A DNA stretch of 62,686 nucleotides from an uncultured Flavobacteriales bacterium (GCA_937900875.1 CALCGD010000245.1:1-62686); one strand, 5' to 3'. Shown: positions 50,393 to 59,643, numbered from the stretch's first letter. Translations and numbers: made by a program. Notes: generated by a model from the sequence alone, not told the origin.

Positions 50393-51109
50393 CTATTGAT
50401 TGCATCTGGTAGAGATGTAATCAGATGCCTCGGCAACTCCCATTTCTCCGGCTAAATACCAGTCAATACAAGCCCCTGGAGTATCGCCTAAAAGACTTTT
50501 GCAAACACCTCGATTCATATAAGCAGAACCATATTCGGCATCAAGAATAATCGCCTTATTACAGTCCTCAATTGCTCCGTAATAATCCTTAAGTTCTTTT
50601 TTGGCCACTGCTCTATTGTGCAACGCTGTTTTGTTCTTAGGGTTAAGGTTAATGGCGTAATTGTAAGCCTTCATAGCTTCAATATAATCGGCAGGTTCTT
50701 GTGAGAAAAAAGCATCTCCCATCCTTACATATGCTAATTCGTTTTTCGGGTCAATTTCCAACGCTTTTTTGCAATCTTCTATTGCCCCTTTGTAATCTTT
50801 CAATTCAACGTAAATAGCGCTACGAAATGCATACGCCATGCTGTTTTCAGAGTCAATCTGTATAACCTTGTTAAAGTCTTGTATTGCAAGAATTCCTTTA
50901 CCAACTTTGAATTTGGCTTCGCCTCTAGCTAGCAAATATTTAGTGTTTTCCTTGTCAGTAGAAATTGCGGAATTCAAATCTTCAATTGCCTCCTGGTAAT
51001 TTTTGTCTTCAATTTTCTCAAGGGCAGTAGTGTAGTATTCTTCGGCCGTTTGAGCAATGGATGCTTGGGCAGTAAATACGAATGCAAAAAGGACTAATAA
51101 TCTCAACAT
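50393..51109 (-). CDS. Exported TPR-repeat protein
   Basis: Signal peptide MLRLLVLFAFVFTAQA; TPRs; C-x21-C cap. The ORF track starts at 51133. Confidence 0.88.
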   Translation of the reverse strand: MLRLLVLFAFVFTAQASIAQTAEEYYTTALEKIEDKNYQEAIEDLNSAISTDKENTKYLLARGEAKFKVGKGILAIQDFNKVIQIDSENSMAYAFRSAIYVELKDYKGAIEDCKKALEIDPKNELAYVRMGDAFFSQEPADYIEAMKAYNYAINLNPKNKTALHNRAVAKKELKDYYGAIEDCNKAIILDAEYGSAYMNRGVCKSLLGDTPGACIDWYLAGEMGVAEASDYISTRCNQ

Positions 51110-51183
51110 GTATGTTTTAGCTTGTTTCGCCAAAAATACTCATCTAAAGAAATGAAACGGGTGTAAATACTGGAAAATTCGTG

Positions 51184-51792
51184 CTAGTCTTCGCAGTAAT
51201 CGTTGAAGGAGGCCATCGCAACCATATAACCTAGTTTTTGAGCCTTTAAAATGTCATCGCAGGCTCCAACAACATCACCGCTTAAATACTTAATCTCCCC
51301 TCTAATGGTATAAGTTTTAGCATACGCTGGGTCAATTTTTGCAGCTTCGTCTAAATCTTTAATTGCTCCAGCATAATCTGCTACTTCTTTCCGCGCAATA
51401 CTTCTTCCTAGATAGGAATTCATCTCAGTTGGGTTCAACTCAATGGCGGTTGTGTAGTCGTTAATTGCACCATTAAAGTCTCTCAAATTTCTTTTCGCTC
51501 GTCCTCGATTAGCATAGGCATCACTGTAATCTCCTTTTAGTGCAATTGCAATGTTGTAATCTTGAAGCGCTCCATAATAATCATCCAATTCGTCCTTAAC
51601 GTATCCTCGGTAATTGAATGCTTTAATAAATCGCGGTTCTATTTCAATGGCCTTGTTTAGGTCAGCAAGGGCACCTCGAAAATCTTGCATTCCTGCTTTA
51701 GATTCCGCCTTGCGATAAAAATCTTCCGCAGTTTGCCCAAAGGCACTGAGAGTGAGAATAACGCTAACGAATATGAATAATAACGGACGCAT
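51184..51792 (-). CDS. Exported TPR-repeat protein
   Basis: Signal peptide ending AFG-Q; TPRs; C-x21-C cap. Confidence 0.88.
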   Translation of the reverse strand: MRPLLFIFVSVILTLSAFGQTAEDFYRKAESKAGMQDFRGALADLNKAIEIEPRFIKAFNYRGYVKDELDDYYGALQDYNIAIALKGDYSDAYANRGRAKRNLRDFNGAINDYTTAIELNPTEMNSYLGRSIARKEVADYAGAIKDLDEAAKIDPAYAKTYTIRGEIKYLSGDVVGACDDILKAQKLGYMVAMASFNDYCED

Positions 51793-51797
51793 TGAAT

Positions 51798-51805
51798 CAA
51801 ATGTA
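51798..51805 (-). promoter_or_regulatory. Sigma-A -7 element for the TPR-rarA operon
   Basis: Reverse complement reads TACATTTG, 5 nt upstream of ATG 51792. Confidence 0.55.
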
Positions 51806-51944
51806 GCAAATGCTAAATGGTCTGACTTGATTTGATAAGGGAATTTAAACAGTTTTCAACAACTTTTTAAGGTTCAAATCTACCTGCTCTCCTTCTTAAC
51901 ACAACCAAGTGAATGAACCACGCAATGGAATCAATTGGACTACT

Positions 51945-52754
51945 TTAAACTCCTGCTTTTGAAGCAACTTTGACCTTTACCCAAAATCGAATGGGTTCCA
52001 CATACTTATTGTAACTGGTAGAATTACGCAATGCGGTGCCAGCTGCCGTGCTCCCGCCAGGTGTGTTTACTCCGTAAGGATTTGAACCACCACGACCCAT
52101 TGCTCTATCGCCAGCGGAAACACCTTGATTTGCCTGGGTAACATCTGCTTGTTGCAAGACCTGATCCGATTGTGGCATTTCATATCCCCCCGTCTCAAAC
52201 CCTATTGAAATGATGTCTTGCGAATTCAGTATTGAGTCTAACGGAATTTTGGCTGTGTAAACCAAGGACCGAGTGCTGTCAAATTTTAGATGCACGTAAA
52301 CACCGTTGGTCTCTGAACCATTAAAAATTGCAACGGTTTTGCCATTTAGTTTAAGATAGCCATCTGTAGGTATCATCTGATTTAATCGCTCCGACCCGAG
52401 CTGCATACTTTGGTCGTAGTCATTTCCGTACTGCTCAAGTTCAGATACAGGAACTTTGTCAGAATAAATAGGGAACTGCACTTCGTGCTTTTGTTTGTTT
52501 TTGCCCGAACCATCCAAAAATAATCTCAACCCAGTGGTAAGGATTTTCTGAATCGTGAGTTGATCCATTACATCGAACGTGAAGTAAAGGTGCTCCGCAT
52601 CATTTTCTACGTTGTATCTAATTTTAGAATCAGTATCGTAGAATCGGAATGCCGATGTTTTTGATTCAGGCTTCTTCCAATTGCTTTCGTAAAGCTTATT
52701 TGAGCAAGCATTTAGTCCAACCGCTACAATCAGCAAAAAGATAATTTGTTTCAT
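51945..52754 (-). CDS. Hypothetical lipoprotein
   Basis: Lipobox LNAC; ND..HLYF and GLRLFLD motifs; Gly-rich C-terminal linker. The ORF track starts at 52787. Confidence 0.7.
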   Translation of the reverse strand: MKQIIFLLIVAVGLNACSNKLYESNWKKPESKTSAFRFYDTDSKIRYNVENDAEHLYFTFDVMDQLTIQKILTTGLRLFLDGSGKNKQKHEVQFPIYSDKVPVSELEQYGNDYDQSMQLGSERLNQMIPTDGYLKLNGKTVAIFNGSETNGVYVHLKFDSTRSLVYTAKIPLDSILNSQDIISIGFETGGYEMPQSDQVLQQADVTQANQGVSAGDRAMGRGGSNPYGVNTPGGSTAAGTALRNSTSYNKYVEPIRFWVKVKVASKAGV

Positions 52755-52799
52755 TCCGCAAATTTGAGAAAACATCTTCGCAACCATTCAAATTATAAT

Positions 52800-52815
52800 T
52801 AGTACACTTGTACTA
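52800..52815. promoter_or_regulatory. Palindromic operator candidate for the TetR regulator
   Basis: TAGTAC-ACTT-GTACTA perfect 6-bp inverted repeat, with a degenerate copy TGGTCT-ACTC-GTACTA at 52832-52847. Confidence 0.6.
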
Positions 52816-52847
52816 TTATTAACATGTAAAATGGTCTACTCGTACTA

Positions 52848-53477
52848 ATGTCATCCACCAAAGAACGCATCTTAGATACTGCTGTAGAGCTTTTCAACAC
52901 GAAAGGCTTTGTAAGTGTGACTATGCGTGACTTAGCGAATGAGTTAGAAATGAGCCTCGGAAACCTCACCTACCACTTCAAGAAGAAAGAGGAGTTGATG
53001 GAGGCAATCCACGACCGTATCATTGAAGAACGGAATGTGATGCTTGAAAGCGTGCAGATGATTCCTTCTATTGAGAACATCCACAGGCAGATGGTTCCCT
53101 TGCTTCAATTGTACGAGCGGTACAGGTTCCTTCAGCTAGATATTCTGGAAGTAAGTAGAGCATATCCGCACTTAGCGGAGATTATGCGCGGGCAGTTCAA
53201 GAGTCAGATTAGGTACATCAAAGCGATCATTGATTATTCGGTTGGCTCTGGTAATATGAATGTTGAAGCTAGAATGGGGCAATACCAGCAATTGGCTGAG
53301 ACTGTTTGGATGATTATCACATTCTGGTTGGCACAACGAGAACTACGTGATCAGAAAGGAAATCTATACAATCAAGTAAGAAGCTCCATTTGGAATTTAA
53401 CCATTCCATTGTTGACCGAAAAAGGCTTATCCAATTTCAATAAGATTGATTTTAACGAAGAAGTAATAGCGAATTGA
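52848..53477 (+). CDS. TetR/AcrR family transcriptional regulator
   Basis: TKERILDTAVELF..GF..VTMRDLA.EL.MS.GNLTYHF.KKE HTH. Confidence 0.93.
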   Translation: MSSTKERILDTAVELFNTKGFVSVTMRDLANELEMSLGNLTYHFKKKEELMEAIHDRIIEERNVMLESVQMIPSIENIHRQMVPLLQLYERYRFLQLDILEVSRAYPHLAEIMRGQFKSQIRYIKAIIDYSVGSGNMNVEARMGQYQQLAETVWMIITFWLAQRELRDQKGNLYNQVRSSIWNLTIPLLTEKGLSNFNKIDFNEEVIAN

Positions 53478-53478
53478 A

Positions 53479-55077
53479 ATGCAGACAATTCAATCAAACA
53501 TAAACACCAACACACAGGTCTTCAAGGACAACCGAGAAGGCATGTTGGAGTTGCTCAAAAAGCTTGATGGGCACCTGGAAGACAGCCGTTTTCAAGGACG
53601 CGATAACCATATTGCAAGAGCACGGTCCCAAGGAAAGATGCTTGCTCGAGAGAGGGTGGATATGCTTTTAGATCAAGATAGTCCGTTCTTAGAATTACTG
53701 CCGTTGGCAGGATTAGGAGGAAAAGGCTTCGGAACGGGCGGAACCTCTGTAGGTGGAATCGGTATCGTTTCGGGCAGATTGGTAATGGTTATTTCCAATG
53801 TAGGAACGAACAAGAGTGGCTCTATCGATTTTGCTACGCTACAGAAAGCCATGCGATTGAATGAAATCGCAGGCGAGAACGAATTGCCTTGCATTAGTTT
53901 GGTAGAGAGTTCTGGTGCCAACCTTCCCGAACAGGCGAAGATTTTCAATCTCGGAGGAACCAACTTCCGCGACATTACAAGACGTTCGAAAAACGGTATT
54001 CCTTCTATCTCCGTTGTGTTTGGAAACGCCACAGCTGGTGGTGCTTACATACCTGGAATGTCGGACTATTCCATTTTTGTGAAAGACCAGGCAAAGGTTT
54101 TCTTGGCTGGACCGCCATTAGTTAAAATGGCTACAAACGAAGTTGTAGATGACGAAACCCTCGGGGGAGCGGAAATGCATTCCAAGATTTCAGGTGTTTC
54201 CGATTTTCTGGCTGAGGATGAATTGGACGGCATTCGAATTGCTCGTGACTTGATTGAAACTCTCAAGCCGGCTAAAACACATTTTCAACCTGAAGGATTA
54301 GCTGAGACACCCGTTTTTGACGAGGAAGAATTGCTCGGAATTGTGCCGCCAGATGTAAAAATCCCGTTTGACATAAGAGATGTGATTGCTCGAACGGTTG
54401 ATGGTTCTAAGTTCACAGAATTCAAACCTGAATATGGCGAAACGCTTATTTGTGGATGGGCAAATATTCACGGTTATCCTGTTGGGATTATCGCCAACAA
54501 TGGTGTGCTTTTCTCGGAAAGTGCCAACAAGGGTACGCACTTCATTCAGCTATGTAACAAGAACGATGTGCCGTTGCTTTTCTTCCAGAATATCACGGGT
54601 TTCATGGTCGGGAAAGATTACGAACAAGGAGGCATTATTAAGCACGGAGCTAAGCTCATCAATGCTGTTTCCAACTCCGAAGTTCCTGCCATTACCATTA
54701 TGATGGGCGCCAGTTATGGAGCGGGCAATTACGCCATGATGGGCCGGGCTTATCAACCGCGTTTCTTGTTCTCTTACCCAAATACGCGCATTGCGGTCAT
54801 GGGACCAGAGCAATTGGCGGGTGTGATGGGAATTATCCAAAAGCAAGCCGCTAAAAAAGCAGGAATGGACTATGACGAAACGCAAGCGAAAATGCTTCGT
54901 GACCACATGGTAAATGAAGCTGTGAAGCAGTCGGATGCGTGGTATTCTTCGGGCCAATTGTGGGACGATGGCGTCATTGATCCGCGGCAAACGCGCAACC
55001 ATTTAGGTATGTGTCTTGCGGTGGTCAACAACACCACGATTAAGGGAACAGACAGTTATGGAATTTTCAGAATGTAA
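53479..55077 (+). CDS. Acyl-CoA carboxylase carboxyltransferase subunit (AtuC/LiuB-like)
   Basis: LARERV..LLD, VESSGANL, ATAGGAY, GPPLVK, QNITGFMVG, GASYGAGNY, DDGVIDP. Confidence 0.93.
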   Translation: MQTIQSNINTNTQVFKDNREGMLELLKKLDGHLEDSRFQGRDNHIARARSQGKMLARERVDMLLDQDSPFLELLPLAGLGGKGFGTGGTSVGGIGIVSGRLVMVISNVGTNKSGSIDFATLQKAMRLNEIAGENELPCISLVESSGANLPEQAKIFNLGGTNFRDITRRSKNGIPSISVVFGNATAGGAYIPGMSDYSIFVKDQAKVFLAGPPLVKMATNEVVDDETLGGAEMHSKISGVSDFLAEDELDGIRIARDLIETLKPAKTHFQPEGLAETPVFDEEELLGIVPPDVKIPFDIRDVIARTVDGSKFTEFKPEYGETLICGWANIHGYPVGIIANNGVLFSESANKGTHFIQLCNKNDVPLLFFQNITGFMVGKDYEQGGIIKHGAKLINAVSNSEVPAITIMMGASYGAGNYAMMGRAYQPRFLFSYPNTRIAVMGPEQLAGVMGIIQKQAAKKAGMDYDETQAKMLRDHMVNEAVKQSDAWYSSGQLWDDGVIDPRQTRNHLGMCLAVVNNTTIKGTDSYGIFRM

Positions 55078-55080
55078 ACC

Positions 55081-57105
55081 ATGAAAGTGAAGACGATAAA
55101 TACCATTCTGATTGCCAACAGAGGCGAAATTGCCTCACGAATTATTCGCACGTGCAAGAAAATGGGCATCCGAAGTGTGGCCATTTATTCTGATGCAGAT
55201 AGAGGAACGCCATACACAAGAGAAGCCGACCAAGCCGTGCATATTGGCGGCAATGAATTGGCGACTTCTTACTTAGATCAAGACAAAATTATAGCAACGG
55301 CCAAGAAGGTTGGAGCAGATGCTATTCATCCTGGTTTCGGGTTTCTGTCTGAGAATGCTGGCTTTGCGCAAAAGGTGCAAGCCGCTGGATTGATCTTCAT
55401 CGGTCCGCGACCAGAAGCAATTGATGCCATGGGTTCTAAATCCAAGGCGAAAGACATTATGCGAAAGCATGACGTGCCTGTCATTCCGGGGTATCAAGGA
55501 GAAGACCAATCGGTAGAACGACTTTCTGCTGAAGCATTGAAAGTCGGTTTTCCTGTATTGCTGAAAGCGGCCGCTGGTGGTGGTGGAAAAGGCATGCGGA
55601 TTGTAGAAGCGGAGAAGGAATTGAAAGCTTCTATTGAAGGTGCGAAGCGCGAAGGCCTTTCCAGTTTTGGGAATGACGAACTCATTATTGAGAAGTACTT
55701 CCCAAGCTCACGACATATTGAGTTTCAGATTTTTGGAGATCAGCATGGAAACGCTATTCACATTTTAGAACGTGAATGTTCTATTCAAAGACGCTATCAG
55801 AAGATTATTGAGGAAAGTCCATCGCTTGCTTTGTCCGATGCATTGCGAAGTGAAATGGGCAAAGCGGCTGTTAAAGCGGCCAAATCATTGAATTACGATA
55901 ATGCTGGAACGGTGGAATTTATTCTTTCAGATAAGAACGAATTCTTCTTTTTGGAAGTAAATACGCGCTTGCAAGTGGAGCATCCTGTAACTGAAGAAAT
56001 CTCAGGTTTGGACTTGGTGCAAATGCAAATTGAAGTGGCGGAAGGTCGTCCACTTTCGGTTACACAAGAAGACATTAAAGGAAACGGCTACGCGATTGAA
56101 TGCCGCTTGTATGCAGAAGATGCTGCCAACGATTTTATGCCTGCAACGGGCACAATTTTGAAATGGGCTACGCCCGAAATTGACGGTCTTAGAATTGAAA
56201 CAGGCGTGGAAAGTGGCTCGGTCATTTCCACGCATTACGACCCGATGATTGCCAAGCTGATAACGCACGGAAAGGACAGAACAGAAGCGCAACGCAAAAT
56301 GAGTGCAGCTTTGGCTAATCTCAATTGCCTCGGATTGACCACCAATCAGGATTTCCTAAAAGCCATTTTGGTGAATGATGATTTCAAAGCGGGCAAGTAC
56401 GATACACACTTCTTATTGAAGCAATTCAGCTACAAAAAGGAGCAATCGCAACAATCGATTGAATTGGCGACACTTGCCGCTTCAGCATTTGATAAAGCTG
56501 AAAGAGAAAGCAAACGAACCTTACTTCAGAATGTGCCGAGTGGATGGAGAAACAATTTCTATCAGCCGCAACAAGAGACGTTCTTGAATGGCGATACTTC
56601 GACAGGCTCAGCACAGGAGAATGAAGTACTTGTTAAATACAACGAAGCTAACTACACCATCGTCATTGCGAGTGACGAAGGAGCGAAGCAATCTCCTTCA
56701 AATGACTACCAAGTTCATATTCAAGAAGTTTCTGGAGATGAAATTCTACTGGAATTGAACGGAGTTCAAGAACGATTTACGGTTGTCAGAAATGGAAATG
56801 ACTATTTTATTCAGCATGCGCAGAATGGAACCGTTAACCTGACGCGAAAAGAGCGTTTCCCGATTAAGGAAGCGGAGAAAGTAAAAGGAGGTTACATCAG
56901 TCCGATGCCTGGAAAGGTGATAAAAGTTCTGGTAGAACCGGGGCAAGAGGTGAAAAGCGGAGATGGACTTTTGGTGCTCCTTTCCATGAAAATGGAGAAC
57001 ACCATTTGTGCAGATGAAGACGGAACCGTGGAAGACGTTTACGTGAATGTGGAAGAGGACTTGGAAGCAGGTAAATTGCTTCTGAAAATGAAAGAAACAG
57101 AATGA
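55081..57105 (+). CDS. Acyl-CoA carboxylase biotin carboxylase/biotin-carrier subunit (AtuF/LiuD-like)
   Basis: ANRGEIA, HPGFGFLSEN, GGGGKGMR, RECSIQRR, EVNTRLQVEH; biotinyl site SMKM. Confidence 0.95.
   Translation: MKVKTINTILIANRGEIASRIIRTCKKMGIRSVAIYSDADRGTPYTREADQAVHIGGNELATSYLDQDKIIATAKKVGADAIHPGFGFLSENAGFAQKVQAAGLIFIGPRPEAIDAMGSKSKAKDIMRKHDVPVIPGYQGEDQSVERLSAEALKVGFPVLLKAAAGGGGKGMRIVEAEKELKASIEGAKREGLSSFGNDELIIEKYFPSSRHIEFQIFGDQHGNAIHILERECSIQRRYQKIIEESPSLALSDALRSEMGKAAVKAAKSLNYDNAGTVEFILSDKNEFFFLEVNTRLQVEHPVTEEISGLDLVQMQIEVAEGRPLSVTQEDIKGNGYAIECRLYAEDAANDFMPATGTILKWATPEIDGLRIETGVESGSVISTHYDPMIAKLITHGKDRTEAQRKMSAALANLNCLGLTTNQDFLKAILVNDDFKAGKYDTHFLLKQFSYKKEQSQQSIELATLAASAFDKAERESKRTLLQNVPSGWRNNFYQPQQETFLNGDTSTGSAQENEVLVKYNEANYTIVIASDEGAKQSPSNDYQVHIQEVSGDEILLELNGVQERFTVVRNGNDYFIQHAQNGTVNLTRKERFPIKEAEKVKGGYISPMPGKVIKVLVEPGQEVKSGDGLLVLLSMKMENTICADEDGTVEDVYVNVEEDLEAGKLLLKMKETE
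56597..56613. repeat. REP-like fragment read in frame within the carboxylase (TSTGSA)
   Basis: CTTCGACAGGCTCAGCA, recalled as a common intergenic repeat of Bacteroidota; not verified by search. Confidence 0.5.
56661..56695. repeat. REP/RPE-like fragment read in frame within the carboxylase (VIASDEGAKQS)
   Basis: CGTCATTGCGAGTGACGAAGGAGCGAAGCAATCTC with an ATTGC/GCAAT stem; resembles GTCATTGCGAG..GAAGCAATC palindromic elements. Confidence 0.6.
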
Positions 57106-57920
57106 TGTTTACTGAAGAACAACTCAATACCCTCGACTACACTTTCGCATTTTTGGAAGTGGAGCATAAGGAGAATGTGCTGACGATTACACTTAATCGT
57201 CCAGAGAAGAAGAATGCCTTGCATCCTGTGACGGCCAATGAGTTGGCGTTTGCGTTGACGTATGCCAAAAACAACAAAGATGTTTGGACGGTGGTAATCA
57301 AAGCCAACGGAGACGTGTTCTGTGCGGGTGCTGACCTCAAAGCTTTCATGACGGGTGGTGGAGATACCAACACAACGGTTCCGAAAGCGGAGGGTGAAAT
57401 TCTTATTGGAGAGTTATTTAATGAATTGCACAAACCGTGCATTGCGCAGGTAGAAGGAAACGCCTTTGCTGGCGCATTTCTGCTATTGGCTGGATGCACA
57501 CATGTGGTTGCGGCAGATGATGTCATTTTCGGATTGCCAGAAGTGAAAAGAGGATTGTTCCCGTATCAGGTAATGGCTTCGCTGATGCAAGTAATGCCAG
57601 AACGAAAGGTGTTGGATTGGTGCATTCAGGGTTACAACTTGGATGCTCAAAAAGCGGCCGATTGGGGATTGGTAACGCATCTTGCATCAGCCGATAAAGT
57701 GGCTGAAACTGTAGAGGAGTTATTGGATACGATTTTGGCGAATTCGCCAATTGCAATCCGCATGGGACTTGAAGCTTACCAACACATTAGAACAGGCGAT
57801 ACGAAAGCTCAGCACAGCTACTTGCGTGGTATGTTGATGAAGACGGTTCAGACGAAGGATGCGCAAGAAGGCATTATGGCTTTCAGGGAGAAACGGGAAC
57901 CGAAATGGAGTAATGAATAA
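57102..57920 (+). CDS. Enoyl-CoA hydratase/isomerase family protein (AtuE/LiuC-like)
   Basis: ITLNRPEKKNAL, FCAGADL, PEVKRGL, EGIMAFREKREP.W. Confidence 0.93.
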   Translation: MMFTEEQLNTLDYTFAFLEVEHKENVLTITLNRPEKKNALHPVTANELAFALTYAKNNKDVWTVVIKANGDVFCAGADLKAFMTGGGDTNTTVPKAEGEILIGELFNELHKPCIAQVEGNAFAGAFLLLAGCTHVVAADDVIFGLPEVKRGLFPYQVMASLMQVMPERKVLDWCIQGYNLDAQKAADWGLVTHLASADKVAETVEELLDTILANSPIAIRMGLEAYQHIRTGDTKAQHSYLRGMLMKTVQTKDAQEGIMAFREKREPKWSNE

Positions 57921-57928
57921 TCGAATTC

Positions 57929-58082
57929 TTAACCGCCAAGACGCAAAGATTTCGCCAAGAGCGCTAAGGAAATAACGATATGAAATTGAATAATTAATTA
58001 AGTATTAATCATAGAAAGGGCTCGGATTAAATTCAAATTTTTCTCTGCGTCCTTCGCGAAAACTCCGCGTCTTTGCGGTTAA
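57929..58082. repeat. Miniature inverted-repeat element with an AT-rich internal spacer
   Basis: Left arm TTAACCGCCAAGACGCAAAG..TTCGCCAAGAGCGCTAAG; right arm CTCTGCGTCCTTCGCGAA..CTCCGCGTCTTTGCGGTTAA. Confidence 0.75.
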
Positions 58083-58091
58083 ATAAAAAAC

Positions 58092-58949
58092 ATGAAAAAA
58101 GTAATCATATCCGCTTCGCTTACGGGCGTTCTCGCCAACAGGAAGCAATGTCCATACATACCATATACACCTGAGGAAATTGCCGAGGAAGGCCGCAGAG
58201 CTGTAGAGGCTGGTGCTAGTATTTTGCACATCCACGCGCGGAATGACGATGGTACGCCTGCCTACGATGTAGCGACTTATGCGCGCATTATGGAGGAGGT
58301 GAAAAAGCGCACACCAGATGCGATTATTAACTACAGTACGGGTGCTATTCATATTACTCGTGAAGAGCGAATTGCGCACATTGTGGCCCTAAAACCTGAC
58401 ATGGCGGCCCTGAATATGGGAAGCATGAATTATGGGATTTATTCGAAGAAAGCGAAGAAGTTTTACCACGATTTCATCTTTGAGAATTCGTTTACGGACA
58501 TTCAGTTTTACTTGGATAAAATGAATGAAGCAGGAACCCGTCCAGAGATGGAGGTGTTTGATAACGGCCACGTGAATAATGCCATGCCGTTTATAGATAT
58601 GGACGTTCTGAAAAAGCCTTACAACTTCAGTTTTGTGATGGGTGTTTTGGGCGGATTACCGCACAGTACGGCCAATATTTTGCATCAAAGCAGAACGGTT
58701 CCGGAGGGTTCTGACTGGCAGGTAATTGGTATTGGAAGAAAGCAATGGGCGAGTTTAGCTGCTGGAATTACGATTGGCGGAAATATTCGCGCGGGATTGG
58801 AAGATAATTTCTATTTGCCTGAAGGCGAAATGGCAAAAAGTAATGGGGAATTGATTGCTGCGGCCGCACAACTTACCCGAATGATGGGTCGTGAAGTGGC
58901 GAGTATCGCTGAGGCACGAGAGATGCTGGATATTCCGAAGAGAGATTAG
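58092..58949 (+). CDS. Beta-keto acid cleavage enzyme (BKACE, DUF849/Kce family)
   Basis: P.TPEEIA, AGASILHIHAR (Zn HxH), SLNMGS-like ALNMGS, RAGLEDN, REVASIAEAR.ML. Confidence 0.92.
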   Translation: MKKVIISASLTGVLANRKQCPYIPYTPEEIAEEGRRAVEAGASILHIHARNDDGTPAYDVATYARIMEEVKKRTPDAIINYSTGAIHITREERIAHIVALKPDMAALNMGSMNYGIYSKKAKKFYHDFIFENSFTDIQFYLDKMNEAGTRPEMEVFDNGHVNNAMPFIDMDVLKKPYNFSFVMGVLGGLPHSTANILHQSRTVPEGSDWQVIGIGRKQWASLAAGITIGGNIRAGLEDNFYLPEGEMAKSNGELIAAAAQLTRMMGREVASIAEAREMLDIPKRD

Positions 58950-58965
58950 GTTTAAGATTAGAGCT

Positions 58966-59643
58966 ATGATGAGATATCTGATTTTTCTGGTGATAACAGG
59001 ATTGGTTTCAAAAATGAGCCTTGGTCAAGTTCCTTTTCCAATTGAAAATGGTAAGGTTGTTTATTCCTCTGTTCAAGAAGTTGATAGTATACTTACCTCT
59101 GAAATGCTGTTCAACGGAGTGAAAGAATTTTTTGCGTTGAACCCCTCAGTTTTTAATCGTGGAAATTCCGATAAGAATTTTCAAGGTGCTGGGTTTTGGC
59201 TTGGTACAAGTGCGAAATCATCGAGCGATGCTGATGCGCTCCATAAAAACGAAACCCCCTTGAAACTTTCGGACAAGGATGCGAACAAGGTTATTGGACG
59301 CGTTGCTATGAAATATTCGGGAGGAACAATGGGATGTATTCGAATTCTGTATTTGACATATGATGTCATTCTACAGTTTAAAGACGGTAGGTACAAATAT
59401 GAATTGGCGAATTTCAATTACACCCATTATAATCAAGCTACCATGAAACGGTCTCAGATTTACGGTTTTAATGACAGCGGACCATGCGGTTCACAAAACG
59501 CATTGGAAAACCTGCTTGAATGTACAAGATGTCCAAATGAATTTTCAACTTTTTACAACTATCTGAATTCAGACGTAATTACTTTCCTTGATGAGTTGAA
59601 AGAGCATATGTCTGGGGTCAAAGTCGAAAATGATGATTGGTAA
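58966..59643 (+). CDS. Exported hypothetical protein (DUF4468-like)
   Basis: Signal peptide; FP.ENGKVVYS.V.EV and FKDGRYKYE motifs. The ORF track starts at 58891. Confidence 0.65.
   Translation: MMRYLIFLVITGLVSKMSLGQVPFPIENGKVVYSSVQEVDSILTSEMLFNGVKEFFALNPSVFNRGNSDKNFQGAGFWLGTSAKSSSDADALHKNETPLKLSDKDANKVIGRVAMKYSGGTMGCIRILYLTYDVILQFKDGRYKYELANFNYTHYNQATMKRSQIYGFNDSGPCGSQNALENLLECTRCPNEFSTFYNYLNSDVITFLDELKEHMSGVKVENDDW

Noticed and set aside
54550-55002. 150-aa antisense ORF inside the carboxyltransferase, plus the many 60-130 aa overlapping ORFs in the track
   Set aside because: They are shadows of conserved genes with no motifs, promoters or signal peptides
58005-58379. 124-aa minus-strand ORF crossing the repeat element and the BKACE start
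   Set aside because: It is mostly antisense to BKACE with no GxxExxY or transposase motif, so it is not the element's cargo
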